This document shows, one piece after another, positions 48,299 through 60,388 of a stretch of DNA of 64,000 bases. Below the pieces are notes generated by a model. The model did not search any database and had not been told where the DNA came from. It saw only the letters and a program-made list of their open reading frames with translations. The translations under genes were made by a program, and so were the position numbers. The number at the start of each line of letters is the position of its first letter. Positions within the stretch are counted from its first letter, which is position 1. Source of the stretch: Botryllus schlosseri (Eukaryota); contig CM119372.1 in the NCBI GenBank assembly GCA_051294905.1, forward strand, positions 14,820,001 through 14,884,000, written 5' to 3'.

Positions 48299-50258
48299 CA
48301 GGCCTGTTTATTTTTGGATTTCTCCAAAAATAACAAAAATAGCTTAGTTTTGGATGTTTTCAAGTTTTATTTTTGGAGAATCTCCAAAATTAAGAAATGA
48401 AGCTGTTTTTATCCCTAATACTACTAGAAAACTTCACCGAAAGTTAGTTATTATCATATATTCATGTCCTTCAACACATCGACATCATCAGTGCTCTTGA
48501 TCTAACTTATCAATGCTTTCGTCACAAAGTCTTTGCCCTGGAGAATGGCCTCCAAAATCAGTGACAGACGCCCGGTAAAGACCCTTCTCCCACTTGATGT
48601 TCGTGAAATCGGCTTCGACCGTCGCAGTTGGGGAAACATCGACCAGTAGGGGTCCAAAGAACTGTCGGATGGCTTCAAACTCTTCAATGTTCCAAGTCGT
48701 TGTTCCTGACAAGCGCTGGTCAATAATGCGCTTGGAAGTGACGTCCATTTTGCATCGGAAAGACATGGACTGGAATTGGTCTTCGATATTCTGTAGCTAC
48801 TTGGGTGTCCACTTGTTCGACAGCCGACCCCGGTGTTTGTGGATCAATTCACGGAGCCGCAAATAAAGTAGCCTGTTGTTTATATTATTAGAATCAAAAA
48901 GAGCAAGAACTGTTTGTTGTGTCCTCTCACCTAGGGCCAACGAGGTTGAACCACTTGGTGTGATAGACAGGGCACGACCCTTTCAATATCGGCAACTTCA
49001 ATTTTCTTTATGCCGTTGATGAGCCATGCAATAAGGCTCCCGGCTCTATCGAACGTGGGCTGTGTTTCCTCTTCGTCGATATTCTCGAGAAGGTCGCGAG
49101 GACTCAACACCCCAATCCTCCACGAAGTTGCGTGCCTCAGTGAACTTAGGATTACCATACGTCCTCTTTTTTGACTTTTTTGAAAGTGTCCTCGGAGGAC
49201 GCCCAAATGTCCTCTTTTTTGAGATTTTGTCCTGTTTTTTTAGGATTTCGGTTAAATAGAGGGTAAAATCCGACTGAGATACAGTAAATCAGCTCTGACG
49301 TGACGCTGCTGCGGCGGCTATTTTGGGAGCGGAGCTGGAAATTGGACCTTTTTTTAGTCAACCGACCACGAAGTGGGAAAAATTATCATTTTTACGAAAT
49401 TTACATCTGGTATCGCAAGTTTGAAAATTTTGAAAAAGTGTCCTCTTTCCAGATTTCCAAAATATGGTAACTCCGAATGTACTTGATAGCCCAGCACCCT
49501 CTGACCAGAAAATCGTCCTTGCCGCGAGTGTTATTGTCCCAGTCCTCAGCTGTGCACCGAGCTCGAACGCGTTCGACCATGCGATGTAGCTCCTGCTGCT
49601 CCACGATCAGAAATTCAATAAGTCCCTGAAGCTTCGTGACGGTAGTGCTCAGGTCTGTGGCCATGCGATCGAGCACGATTAGTTGGATCCACCACTGCGA
49701 CGAAGGTGCACAGGCCGGAATTTTCTCGTTCATAACCTCGATTAGCATGATACCGTGTCCATTCAACCAAGTGCTCACGTTCATAATTGACCACCAACGG
49801 GTGTCAACAAACTTGGGCTTGGGGCGCGTACTTTTCATCTCCCGGATCAAGTTCTGTTGCCATCTGAGGTGGCCATTCAATCCCATTGTCGTGTGAACGA
49901 ATAGATTCTTGCAGAGCTGGCGGTATAAGGCCTTCGCCACAAGGTCCAGTGGTGTAACCCGCACCGCACTCGCACAATTTCATACCCGGTCGCCTGTTCA
50001 ACCCTTGTGGCCACGCTTCTGATCCATCCATTAGGTGGAAGTACTTTTAGCGCTTCGGAAACCCCCTCTCACACAAACATGCGGTTTTTGTGAGTTTCCT
50101 GGTTGTTTCGACAGTATTTACGCTGCTCTGACTCGTTTATTTCACTAAGTAACTTGTAAAAACATCATCCAGAAAAAGCTTAATTTTGGATGTTTTCAAA
50201 TCTTATTTTTGGAGAATCTCCAAAAATAAAACCCAATATCCAAAAATAAACAGGCCTG
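48299..50258 (-). mobile_element. Decayed hAT-like transposon with frameshifted transposase fragments
   Basis: TIR CAGGCCTGTTTATTTTTGGA; TSD TTCATGAG. Fragments LIREMKSTRPKPKFVDTRWWSI.. (49401-49964) and SPTATVEADFTNIKWEKGLYRASVTDF/LEAILQGKDF (48488-48766). Nested MITE at about 49148-49475. Confidence 0.82.
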
Positions 50259-50786
50259 TTCATGAGTCTTAAAATAATTTGGGATGATCTAAGACCCTTC
50301 TCTGGCAATATGTGAACTTTGTAGCCTACATCGACAATCTAATCTAACGGGTGGTAAATATGTTTCAATGGCATACTATTCGAGATGTGGGCGAATAGCA
50401 TAGGCTATTCAAAAAGGCATCTGAACCGCGATTGAGTTCGCAGCGGTTTGCCATCTTGAGATCCACTTGAATGTTTTCGTGTTTTTCGCGTGTCTGCGGG
50501 AATGAATCATCGATATACGAAATAGCGTTGCGATCGGCGCAAGATATTTGGCCCGGTGCAGAGTGCGGACAGATTTCGCTATGAGATTATGTAATTGCTA
50601 GGATGCTGACATTGCATAAGAGACAGATTTTCACAACAATGGATGATGTTATATAATGATTCTGGATTGTAATCTCATATAGTTATGTAATTCGCAGAAT
50701 AAAAAAAGGCAGCAAAGCCTTTCATTTTCTGTTTCCATTTGAAGAAGTTTTGACATGTCTTCAAAATTGGTACATGTACCTGTAAT

Positions 50787-52026
50787 CAGAGGTGGTCAAA
50801 GTAGTCAAGAAAGCTACTCAAGTAGAAGTAGAAGTACTTCTTCCATAAGCAACCTAAAACTACTTGAAGTAGAAGTGGAATTGACTGACTTTAAATCTAC
50901 TCAAGTAAATAAGTAGTTGTGAAAACGATGGTAATTCGTTCACATGGATTGTCAAAAGCTGCAAATTGAGCTATGTGAAAGGTATCGAGCTTTATTCATA
51001 TTGATGCATACCAGGAGGTATCCAATTTTCGACAGCATAAGCATTCGTCCGCATCATGGGATGAAAATGATAGTATTGATATGTAAATGCGATAATAATC
51101 CTATGTTTACACGATCAGCACGTTTTAGAAAACATCATGGTATGGCACTCTCCCCCGTATTATAAGGCCCGTAGTTTGATCGAAGAGCAATACGGAGAAG
51201 TTGTATTGGATACGGTGTAAACACTTTGTGCAATTAGTAAACTTAAATGAAAAATATGGTGGACCGTAAAAATGCCATATTGTGTAGCTTTATTTCCGGA
51301 AATTAAAGGCATCACTACACTTGCTTTTATACTTCAACATGTATGTTATCCAGACGAAAGAACTGATATTAATTAGAACTCAAAGTATTTGCTACTGGTA
51401 ATTTGAAGTGAAATATAAATACTAATTCTAAAAGCGGAACATGTATTTTATGTCTTTAGTCCGGAATGTTTCGAAGGTTGGTATGCTAAAACAGCTCTAA
51501 AACTAAAAAAAGTCAGAGTCCACTTTTCCAGATTAGGACACGCCATGAACCGCTAGATTACGATTTGATAAGTAAATGCTGGATTGCCAAACATCAGTTT
51601 CAAACGTTATGATGAGCCATATATACTGTGATGAAATATTTGATATGGCGAAGGGTGACAATGTGGTGTGGACAGAACCACTCAACCCGCTACCTAAACT
51701 ATATTCACCGATACTTTCGTGAAATTATACTGGTTACTCCGTATCCAGTGCGCACGAAAATTCTGGGCTTTACTCAACTTTTATGAAAATTAAATGTTGG
51801 TACTCCGTGAAAACAGCCCGGAAATTCCTCAGGCTATCTTCCTGATTGGAGTATTAAACTACTTCTACTTGACAAACTGAAAATAGCGAAAGTAAGTAAG
51901 CAGATCACAAAATATTACGAAGAAGAAGTAGCGAAAATCAGATCTACTTGAGTAAGTACCAGAAGTAGAGGAAAACTACTTGAGTACTTCGAAAAAGTAG
52001 AAGTACTTCGTTACTGACCCCCTCTG
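50787..52026. mobile_element. Family B element, uninterrupted reference copy (1240 bp)
   Basis: TIR CAGAGGTGGTCA / TGACCCCTCTG; TSD CCTGTAAT. Confidence 0.88.
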
Positions 52027-52411
52027 CCTGTAATTGAGTAGACATTGACGACGGTATTTCTACTTCTACTTGAGTTGAGTAGAAACACGCTTTTCTACTT
52101 TGACCATCTCTGGTTGTAGCAGTTATGCATATTCGTTTCTATTGGAAAATACCTTACATTAAGACTTAGTACTGACATCTTGCGGTTGTCATGCGAGTAA
52201 CGTACACAGATCACCGATGATGGGAATCCCGATCAGCAGCCGTAGCCGAACGAGGTTTTATCGATGTTCAGATCCATATATCCGTAGCATAATTGTTCAT
52301 ATATATAGATAGACAGATGAATTTTCTCGTCACACCCAGGAACAAGAAGAGAACTAATGTCACCAACCAACCAACCTACCGTCCCATATCCGTTCTCCCA
52401 TGCATCGGGAA

Positions 52412-52545
52412 CCGAGCGAGATAGTGTAATGGTTAAGCGTCCGGCTTCTCGAGCGGTAGGTCGTGGGTTCGATCATACCAAAGACTCGAAAAATGGTATC
52501 CGCAGCTATCCTGCTAGGCGGTTAGCAATCACGGATAGCATGGAG
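52412..52545 (+). mobile_element. Second tRNA-derived SINE head with a conserved central domain
   Basis: A box TAGTGTAATGG, B box GGTTCGATC, followed by CATACCAAAGACT..AAAAATGGTA..GCT..CCTGCT.GGCG..AGCA. 3' boundary uncertain. Confidence 0.6.
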
Positions 52546-52689
52546 GAGAAAAAAAACGGGGGCGCAGACTAGATGACCTCATGGGGCCGTATCGCAACTC
52601 CGTCGTCAAAGCATCTCGATGGTGCAGGCGAAAAAGAATATCATATCTCTCTCTCGGGGTTGTATTCGAAAAGTTGCTCCTCTCCCGCC

Positions 52690-52883
52690 CAATGTTCCCT
52701 TTAATTTTTGACGAGTCTGCGCACACTCACCAACTCACTGCGCAGACCCTTGGACAAGAGTGCGTAACGACTAAAAAAAGGGTCATCACTTCGGTTTTTT
52801 TCTGCGCAACCTAGATATTCTGTGCGCAGAGACCGTGTCATCACTGCGTATTTTCGCACGTGCGCAGCTTAGAGGGAACACTG
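52690..52883. mobile_element. 194-bp hAT-type MITE (same family as 17293-17486)
   Basis: TIR CAATGTTCCCT / AGGGAACACTG; TSD CTCCCGCC. Confidence 0.88.
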
Positions 52884-52911
52884 CTCCCGCCTATCCTCAT
52901 TCCTCGCCAAA

Positions 52912-54936
52912 ATGTCTGTCGTTTCCCCTCAACAATTTGGCTTCCGAAACAAACACCAAACCTCACATGCCCTCTTTAGAGTGGCTGGGCAGTATTATGA
53001 TATCTCAGAGAAGCGAAATGTGGGATGTAGCATTTTTCTCGATCTAAAAAAAGCGTTTGACTGCGTAGATCATAAAATTCTCATCTCGAAATTGTCGCGT
53101 TACGGATTTCGGGGCCCACAACTTGAGCTCATGAAAAGTTACCTCACTGGACGCCAACAAATGGTTGCAATCTCAAACATTTTTCTAGGGCTCGGGAGGA
53201 ACCGCAGTAAACCTCCCCCCGAAACGCTTGTGACAGTACTGTGGGTATTGCACCTCAGCACGGCGTCACAAGCGCCGTAATAGGATCCTTTGTGTTGTAG
53301 GAAACAAAGCTCCCATCTCGGTTGCTTCAAACGTTTCTACCTTTTTCTTCTGTTTCAAGGTACAAACGGCTGGCACAAGCAAGTTTTGAAAGGAGGCGTC
53401 TGCGGCCACTGATCCCTTTCGCCGCCATACTTGTGCCCCGGGATACTGGCCCGTCGATGCGGCCTCAGATCCCGGTTCGACTATGAAGGCCTGGCGGCCA
53501 TACTCGTCCTGGGCACGGGTAGTAGTAGTGATTGGACAGTAATGGTTGTACCGCTAGGGTTTCGCATCCCCCAACGTCCAGGGAGGAGATGCTTACCGTA
53601 ATACAACCAAATACTCCAATCACTACTACTACCCAGGACGAATATGGCCGCAATCTCAAACACCTTGTCCTCTCCTCACCCAGTGACCTGTGGTGTACCC
53701 CAAGGCTCAGTACTTGGACCGGTCCTCTTCACCTTATATGTCAACGACATTTTTGAAACCTCCTCATTGAACACCACGGTGTTCGCTGATGATACTCACC
53801 TCCTCTGTTCCGCATCTTCGACGGCAGAGCAGGATGCCCTGACCAGTGACCAAATGCCCAAAGTGCATGAGTGGATGGCCCAAAATAACCTTTGCATAAA
53901 CGCCTTGAAATCCCAATTGCTGACAGGAAATTCAAAAAAATAACCTAGCCGTTAACATCGCTGGTCAGCCCGTTTCCAACACAGAAAATGCCAAATATCT
54001 CGGGGTTTTACTGGACTCAGACATGTCCTGGAAGAGTCATATTCAGTCGCTAGACGCTAAATTATCACCAAGTGCGGCCTGTTCTACAGCCTTAGACGCT
54101 CCATGTCATCCTGGGTTCTTCTGATACTCTTTAAAATCCCTAATCCAATCAAAATTACAATATGGCATCCTCTGTTGGGGGGGGGGCTGTCAGTAAAACT
54201 GCACTCGGGCCACTGCAAAAACTATAAAATAATGTACTCCCGATCATAGCTAGGGACCCGAAGGGGCCTGGTTGTCCATTGTCCATCCAACAAGTTGCTG
54301 CTGAAAAGATTCGGTGTCCTAAACATAGAAGATATGCGGAAACTAGAAATCGCCAAGTTTATGTATCAGTTCCACTGCGGTCATTGCCCCGAATATTCCA
54401 ATGACTTCTTTACCTCGGAAGCAAAAGCGCAAAAGTACAACACACGCGCGTCCACGTCGTCCAAATATCGTATGATCGACCGAAAAGATCATCCCTCTAT
54501 CAAATATGCCGGACCTGATGTGTGGAACAGTATCCCGCCGGCCATCCCACAGTCGACGAGCATGTCCATTGTCCACATTCAAGTCGAAATACGAGCAATT
54601 ACTACAAAATAAATACTATAGTCCATCCTCAAAATTACCGGACCACGACCTGACCTATCGATCATTTTATCATGAGCTGTCCTTCACATTAATTTCATAG
54701 AACGTTCCTGCGTTATGCTTGTGTTTGTATGAACATTCCATTTCGCCTCGTGAACTTACTAACGGATTCAAGCATTTTGAAATACGTTGTAGAATATGTG
54801 CTGAGTTGTTATCGATTTATTTGAATTGTCGCCTTAGAAAATTGAGTAATGTCGTGGCGCAGAAGACCTAACGATGATAGGCGCCACTCCTTTTCTTCTT
54901 CCAACAAATAAATAAATAAATAAATAAATAAATAAA
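52912..54936 (+). mobile_element. 5'-truncated non-LTR retrotransposon (CR1/L2-group LINE), reverse transcriptase pseudogene
   Basis: QFGFR, IFLDLKKAFDCVDHKIL..KL..YG.RG, CGVPQGSVLGPVLFTLYVND, FADDT, KYLGV. Stops and frameshifts present; (TAAA)n tail at about 54905-54936; interrupted at 53180-53649. Confidence 0.9.
53180..53649 (-). other. 470-bp highly structured insertion of unknown identity inside the LINE RT
   Basis: 13-bp TSD GCAATCTCAAACA (53167-53179, 53650-53662); the RT frame rejoins when it is removed. Short T-run at the left end (A-tail on the minus strand); multiple stem-loops. Confidence 0.75.
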
Positions 54937-55454
54937 TGTGTCCATTGTCATGCGCCAAAATGACGGCGCCCCATAGTCCTATTCTAGTAGATTGGCCCTG
55001 CTGAACAAAAGCGACCTGCAGAGGAAAACATTTCATTTCATGAAGAAATGCGGATTTGGGATCACATGAGTCATCTCATTAAATGAGTTTTTCTGTTAGT
55101 TTGGTCGAGTTGGTCTACTATAGTGAGTGATTCTAATATCTGTTGAGTATAGCGACGAATTTTACCGAAGGTCACGAAATAACAATTTGCTTCAACTAAG
55201 TACTATGAACGCACTCGTCCCACCCGAAGCCATCTCGCGAGATCTCCGTGAACAATTGACCAATGATTTATTGCCTATATGTGCATTACTGAGTCTTCTG
55301 AAAATAGATGAAGTGGTATTTGTGCGGCCCGCGAAAGCCTCAAGAAACGTTGTAAAAATTGAGAAAATGCGTACAAAAATCAAATTACTGTGGGTACTTG
55401 ATTAAACCTTTTCTTAATATCTTTCAACAGGATAATGATCAGTAATATTCTTAC

Positions 55455-56441
55455 CAGTACGGTAACTGCCGCACCACAAACCCCCAATTGAGGGGGGGCA
55501 AGCTCGAAGGGGGTCCAAAATTATTTATTGATATAACATAAATTATAAAGTATTTTTTTTAGAAATTTATGCAACTTTTTCATACATTTTTCGCGCCGTG
55601 CGATATTTCATGTTGTCAAATTATTGAATATTGGGTACCCTTCCCCAACAAAAAAATACGCATCATTTATAGAAATGGGCACTTCGGCGTCGGCCATTAT
55701 CGCGCCACGACGCACCAAGACATATAACGTTATAGGCTATGTAGCAATGTAATATGCGACTCCGAGAAGTGTGCCAGAACGATCAGCAGCGAGAAGACCT
55801 TGACCGAAAAGGACTGTCCTTATTCTGACCGAAAACTTCGAGATATATACATATATGTTTAATTGTCCATAAGCGCCTAAATGGCTGGCGCCGAATGTTC
55901 CTGTCCTGGCGATCTGAGCCCACAAGACAGATGCCATCTCTAGGGAACATTATTTGCCAGTAAAGAAATTCCAATTTGAAATCGTGTACGTCTTTTAGTT
56001 AAGTACGTTTGGGCGGTTGCAATATCTTTTTACATAGCGGATAGGAGGTCACGAAATAGCACCATGCAACGAAGTTATTATACCAACGGGTACGCCCGAA
56101 GATGTTTATATTATTTAGGGGTTCTACCTTTTCCAATAATCCTCACACAGCTCTACCGGTGCATCTGATTACGTGGGCAGAGAGAGGATAAAAATGATAG
56201 CAATATGTATGCAATTCCCGATCATATTGACCGATTCAATCATGAATTACAGAAATTTTTCGCGCTTCGCGCGTTAGGTAGAGACAAGCACTTAAATAAC
56301 ACCTGCTGTAGATGACAACTAGGGGCAAACAGCTCATAGCATGAGGGGGAGGGACGCAGCCCCCGGAAGTTCGGTTTATCACCTTGTGGGGGGCATAGGA
56401 CAAACTTGGGGGGGAGCTGACGAAGTGCTGTTACGATCCTG
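55455..56441. mobile_element. hAT-type element family G (other copies about 16067-16760, 38420-39065, 46906-47601)
   Basis: TSD ATTCTTAC (55447-55454, 56442-56449); shared internal GAGCTCGAAGGGG.CCAAAA and terminal CTGACGAAGTGCTGTT..G.TCCTG. Confidence 0.8.
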
Positions 56442-57262
56442 ATTCTTACCATAGTATTTTTTATTCCATTGATGGCGCGATAGCCCGATCTCGACGCCCA
56501 TGTATTTGGCAAGGTTTCAATTGCTCACAGAAAGTGAAAGTAAATGACTTAATTCGGACCGCGAGTGTGATAGATTGGCAACACGAGCGAGCAAGTGTAT
56601 TATTTTTAGTGCTGTACTTGGAAAAACCGATTTGCGAGTGTGTTCGATAGATTCGTTCTTTGTATGAGGAGAAGTATTGTAGAAGCGTCTTTAAAGGTAA
56701 CATGATGGTTATGATGCTGTTAGCATTGTGTGTCCTGGAGTTGGACCAAAAGTACCATCAGCACAGCATATCTGTGAACAGATCGCTGCTCACAGACTCA
56801 ATTTTACATATCCAGTTCTAAGACTCGGGACAACAGACTTTCATATCTAATTTTGACCATGGGGACGACCAGCTTATAAATTCTCGTCAATGTTTCTAAC
56901 GCGTATACGGCATCATCAAATCAAAGTTTTGTTTGTTTTGAATGTACAAATACATATACAGTATTTCCATGTCGTCGGTCATTATATAATCAAATAACAA
57001 TATTGGATTTTAGCTTAATATCCCAATTTTATATTGTGCGTCCCGCGAATGGATACAAATGTTCAATGCCCACCCCTGCTATAGAATATAGACATCATAG
57101 TTGTAGCTTCAAGGTTAAAATGGTTCTATTACTCGTCTATCAAAAAGTAACTAAGAGAACAAGCGAAGCGATTATAATCAGCAGCAATGCTTTCAGGCAT
57201 TCTTGAGCACGTAACTTTTAGACGCGTTGCCCCCGGCTCCACAATAAAACTCGCTGAAATCT

Positions 57263-57325
57263 GTTATGTAATACGTTGCATAACGTACAAAGTTTGGATA
57301 TTTTACGATCACAGATGCTATATAT
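57263..57325 (+). promoter_or_regulatory. Promoter of SOUL paralog D: inverted double D-box/CEBP-like site plus TATA
   Basis: GTTATGTAATACGTTGCATAAC at 57263-57284; TATATAT at 57319-57325. Confidence 0.65.
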
Positions 57326-57406
57326 TTCGGGCATCCACTTCAAAAATTCAGATCGGATTTTAACGTTACGTTAGCACACTCCTTTTCGCAAGACATCACC
57401 ATCAAT

Positions 57407-60388
57407 ATGAAGTTTTTACTGGTTTCTGTGGAGTTAACATTTGTCATCATCATTTGCGCGTTACGCAAATTCGATGTTACGGCGCAAACTTATGTCACCA
57501 AATATGGAAGATCCGATAGTCCGCCTTACCAGGAAATCGGGACATTTTATGAGGTAAAATATTGATAACTTTTATGATCGACTACACCCAGCCACCCACG
57601 TAGCTATACCATGAAGCTTGTAATACGTGATGATTTTCCGATTATAGGGATATCCTGATTACACATACGAAGAAAGGATATACGACTCCGCCTATTGGAT
57701 AACTACACAATCAGCATCTGGTTTCAACATCCTTTTCCAGTATATAAGCGGCAGAAATGTAAAACGTAAGTTAGACGATAAGGACTAGTATTAACAGTTC
57801 ATTAATACATATGTTTCTATTTTGTCTCTCCAGAGAAGAAAATTCCTATGACTTCGCCAGTTTTAACTACCGTTTCATCATTTACATATTATAATGCACC
57901 TGAAATGGCATTCTACCTGCCACCCAACCATCAAAACAATCCACCGTCTCCAACTGACTGGCGGGCCAAATTGAAAAAATTCCCTTCGATGACCGTTTAC
58001 GTCAGGAGGTAAGCATTATGCTCCATGATATTCCTATATCTCATTCTAACTCTCAGACAACGATACATCGTGATAAAACTGCATAGTGCACAGTTGTGAC
58101 GAGGAGATGAAATTAATTTTGACTATAGGTGACCTGTCTTATATATTATCTTCTTTTACGTTTCATTCAGTGTGCATATGCCTTCTTTTTACATCGTCTA
58201 GGACAGGTCGGTGTCTGACTTCAAAGACTACTCCAAGTCGTTTCGACACCGCTTCCTATACTTTCATTGTATCGCAGTCTTGTGGTGTATTGAAATGATG
58301 AAATTGTTAATAATATATTTAATTGAATTGAATTATATATTTGCCCAAAGTTGGTATAAAGTCACTCAGCCCATTGCAGTTTGTGAACCGAGCAGTAGGT
58401 CAGGAGTCGTCTAACTATAGCCCATCTATCTATGCCTGTCGGGTATAGCTAAAATGATATACGACCTAAGTACCAGGCAAGTAAATTGAAACTTGATACC
58501 GTTATTGGCCATCAACTAAGGACTGTACAATAGGGCTGTTCAAAAGTAACTTTTTTTCACGGATTCCTGCCATTCACTTATTAATTTGTCAGGTTACCCT
58601 AAAAAACGCTGCACACCAAATTTGGTTCAATTCTAACAAGTAGAGGACTCCGCAGATCCAATTAAAATTTTTAATTTATTAGGTAAAATTATTTTTTTTT
58701 AATTTCAAATTTTTTTTGCCAACCCCATGAAATTGTTGAGCTGTCTTCAAAGACGATGCAAAACATATTTGAGTCAATTCCGACCAGTAGAAGCGGAGTT
58801 ATGTGAGTTTTTCGTTGATAATTCTTGGATTATCCACCGATCACGGACGGAGTGAATGGCTGGACTCCAGGGGAAAAGTTATTTTTGAACAGCCCTACTG
58901 TACAACAGTGTACACTGCACAGTGCGCTGCAGGGGTCTCGATATCCTCCAATCAGCTCATTACATAGTATTGTGCGTACATTATAGTGTCTCGAACTGAT
59001 GAAGGTATTACCCGTGACCAACATGTAAGGCAGGAACGGGCAACATACGGCTCGCTGGCCGGATCCGGCCCGCGAAGGGATTTTGTCCGGCCCGCGGACA
59101 GTTTTCCGTCTTACATGATAATGTGACCCGCGACCCCAGTCTGCCTAGATTCCCCACTACTTGCTTAGTACGTCAAATTTTAGTGACTGTATGTTATCAT
59201 ATACGTGTACTGTATGCGCACTGCGCAGTGATACGAGAGTGGAGCTACGCGTAAGTTCGTTGAAGCGAGAAGACTTGCATTATCTGTGGCGAGATACCGT
59301 AGTGGTATAATCCACTGCTACAACACCAATGGGTTGTGGGTTCGTGTCCGAGCGAGGTCGACTCCAGAATTCCAACCTAAGTGTTGGAGGTTTATCTAGG
59401 CTCCTCCTCGCCATCTCATCCGCGTAAGCGGTGTCTTACGAAAAGCCTAGAAGTGGGCCGTGCTACAAGTCGGCAGATACGGAATCAAAAACAAGGAATA
59501 TCGGCCTGGTGTAAATGACTATAGTAATCAACAAACACCATGAATACCACAAGCAACAACAACTTGCATTATCGGTAGTTACGATATACTCACTCAACCC
59601 TAATGTCGTTTGTGGTAATCGCGGTGTTAGTCGACTACAATGGTCATTTACACCAGGCTGATATTTCTTATCTTTGATTCAGTAACCGCCGACTTGTGGC
59701 ACGGCACATTTCTATAGGCTTTTGTAAGACACCGCTTATGCCATGGGTCGCCAACACAAAACGGGTCGCGGACCACTTTTCAAATTTCGTAGAGGACGCG
59801 GGCAATCGGGCATGCAGTCAATATCGAGATTAATTAGGCCACACAGTTGAACAACGACGCTATCTCGTCACCTACTTAACCTTAATGAATTGATATCTTG
59901 GTAAATTTGAGGTACCGGGCTTATTGAACGCCTTGAAATCCTAATTAAAGATTGCACCGTGTGTTGATTGATCAGATAGAAGCAGACATGGCGGCGCCTG
60001 TATGACAATGCTATTCTCAAATCCACATGTCTTCGTCATTATCGGCGAGAAATGGCATTCAAGTGACATTGCTTCCTTGTATATGTGGGTAAACGGGCGA
60101 ATAATGTATCGATTCAGCAATCCAGCCGCCAAGTGCTTCATTTTCCTATATCCGGCCCGCCGACTGGAGAAGTTGCCCGCCCCTGATGTAAGGTTTTATT
60201 CACACAGGCGATACGACGGTTGGGGTAGATATGCATCTGTCCAGAGTGAACTCTCCAAACTCAAAAGAAGTGTGACATTCGACAAGAAAAAATTTGTTTC
60301 ATCTATGTATGCCACAGCAGGATATGATGGGCCGAGGCATTCTGGACCTCGGCGATATGAAGTATGGCTTTTTGCTGAAGAAAAGTGA
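57407..60388 (+). CDS. HEBP2: SOUL/HEBP-family heme-binding protein, paralog D, 206 aa, predicted signal peptide
   Basis: Exons 57407-57553, 57648-57765, 57834-58008, 60208-60388; GT-AG introns; 621 nt open frame. Motifs YEERIYD, GFNILFQYISGRN, KIPMTSPV, MAFYLP, NPPSPT, YDGW, AGYDGP..RRYEVW. N-terminus MKFLLVSVELTFVIIICAL...VTAQ. Confidence 0.9.
58531..58897. mobile_element. MITE in intron 3 of paralog D
   Basis: TIR TAGGGCTGTTCAAAA; 8-bp TSD CTGTACAA. Confidence 0.85.
59031..60185. mobile_element. hAT Buster/Charlie-like MITE in intron 3 of paralog D, containing a SINE (59285-59561) and an inverted partial SINE
   Basis: TIR CAGG..CGGGCAAC / GTTGCCCGCCCCTG; TSD ATGTAAGG (59023-59030, 60186-60193). 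SINE TSD ACTTGCATTATC. Confidence 0.85.

Noticed and set aside
59386..59452. HDV-like ribozyme in the SINE body (CTAGGCT/AGCCTAG stem, CCTCCTCGCC)
   Set aside because: Could not place the P1.1 GG or a J4/2 catalytic strand in the required order; only simple stems are supported.
60002..60207. N-terminal part of the 128-aa ORF 60002-60388
   Set aside because: Lies within the MITE/intron; only 60208-60388 is SOUL-like exon.
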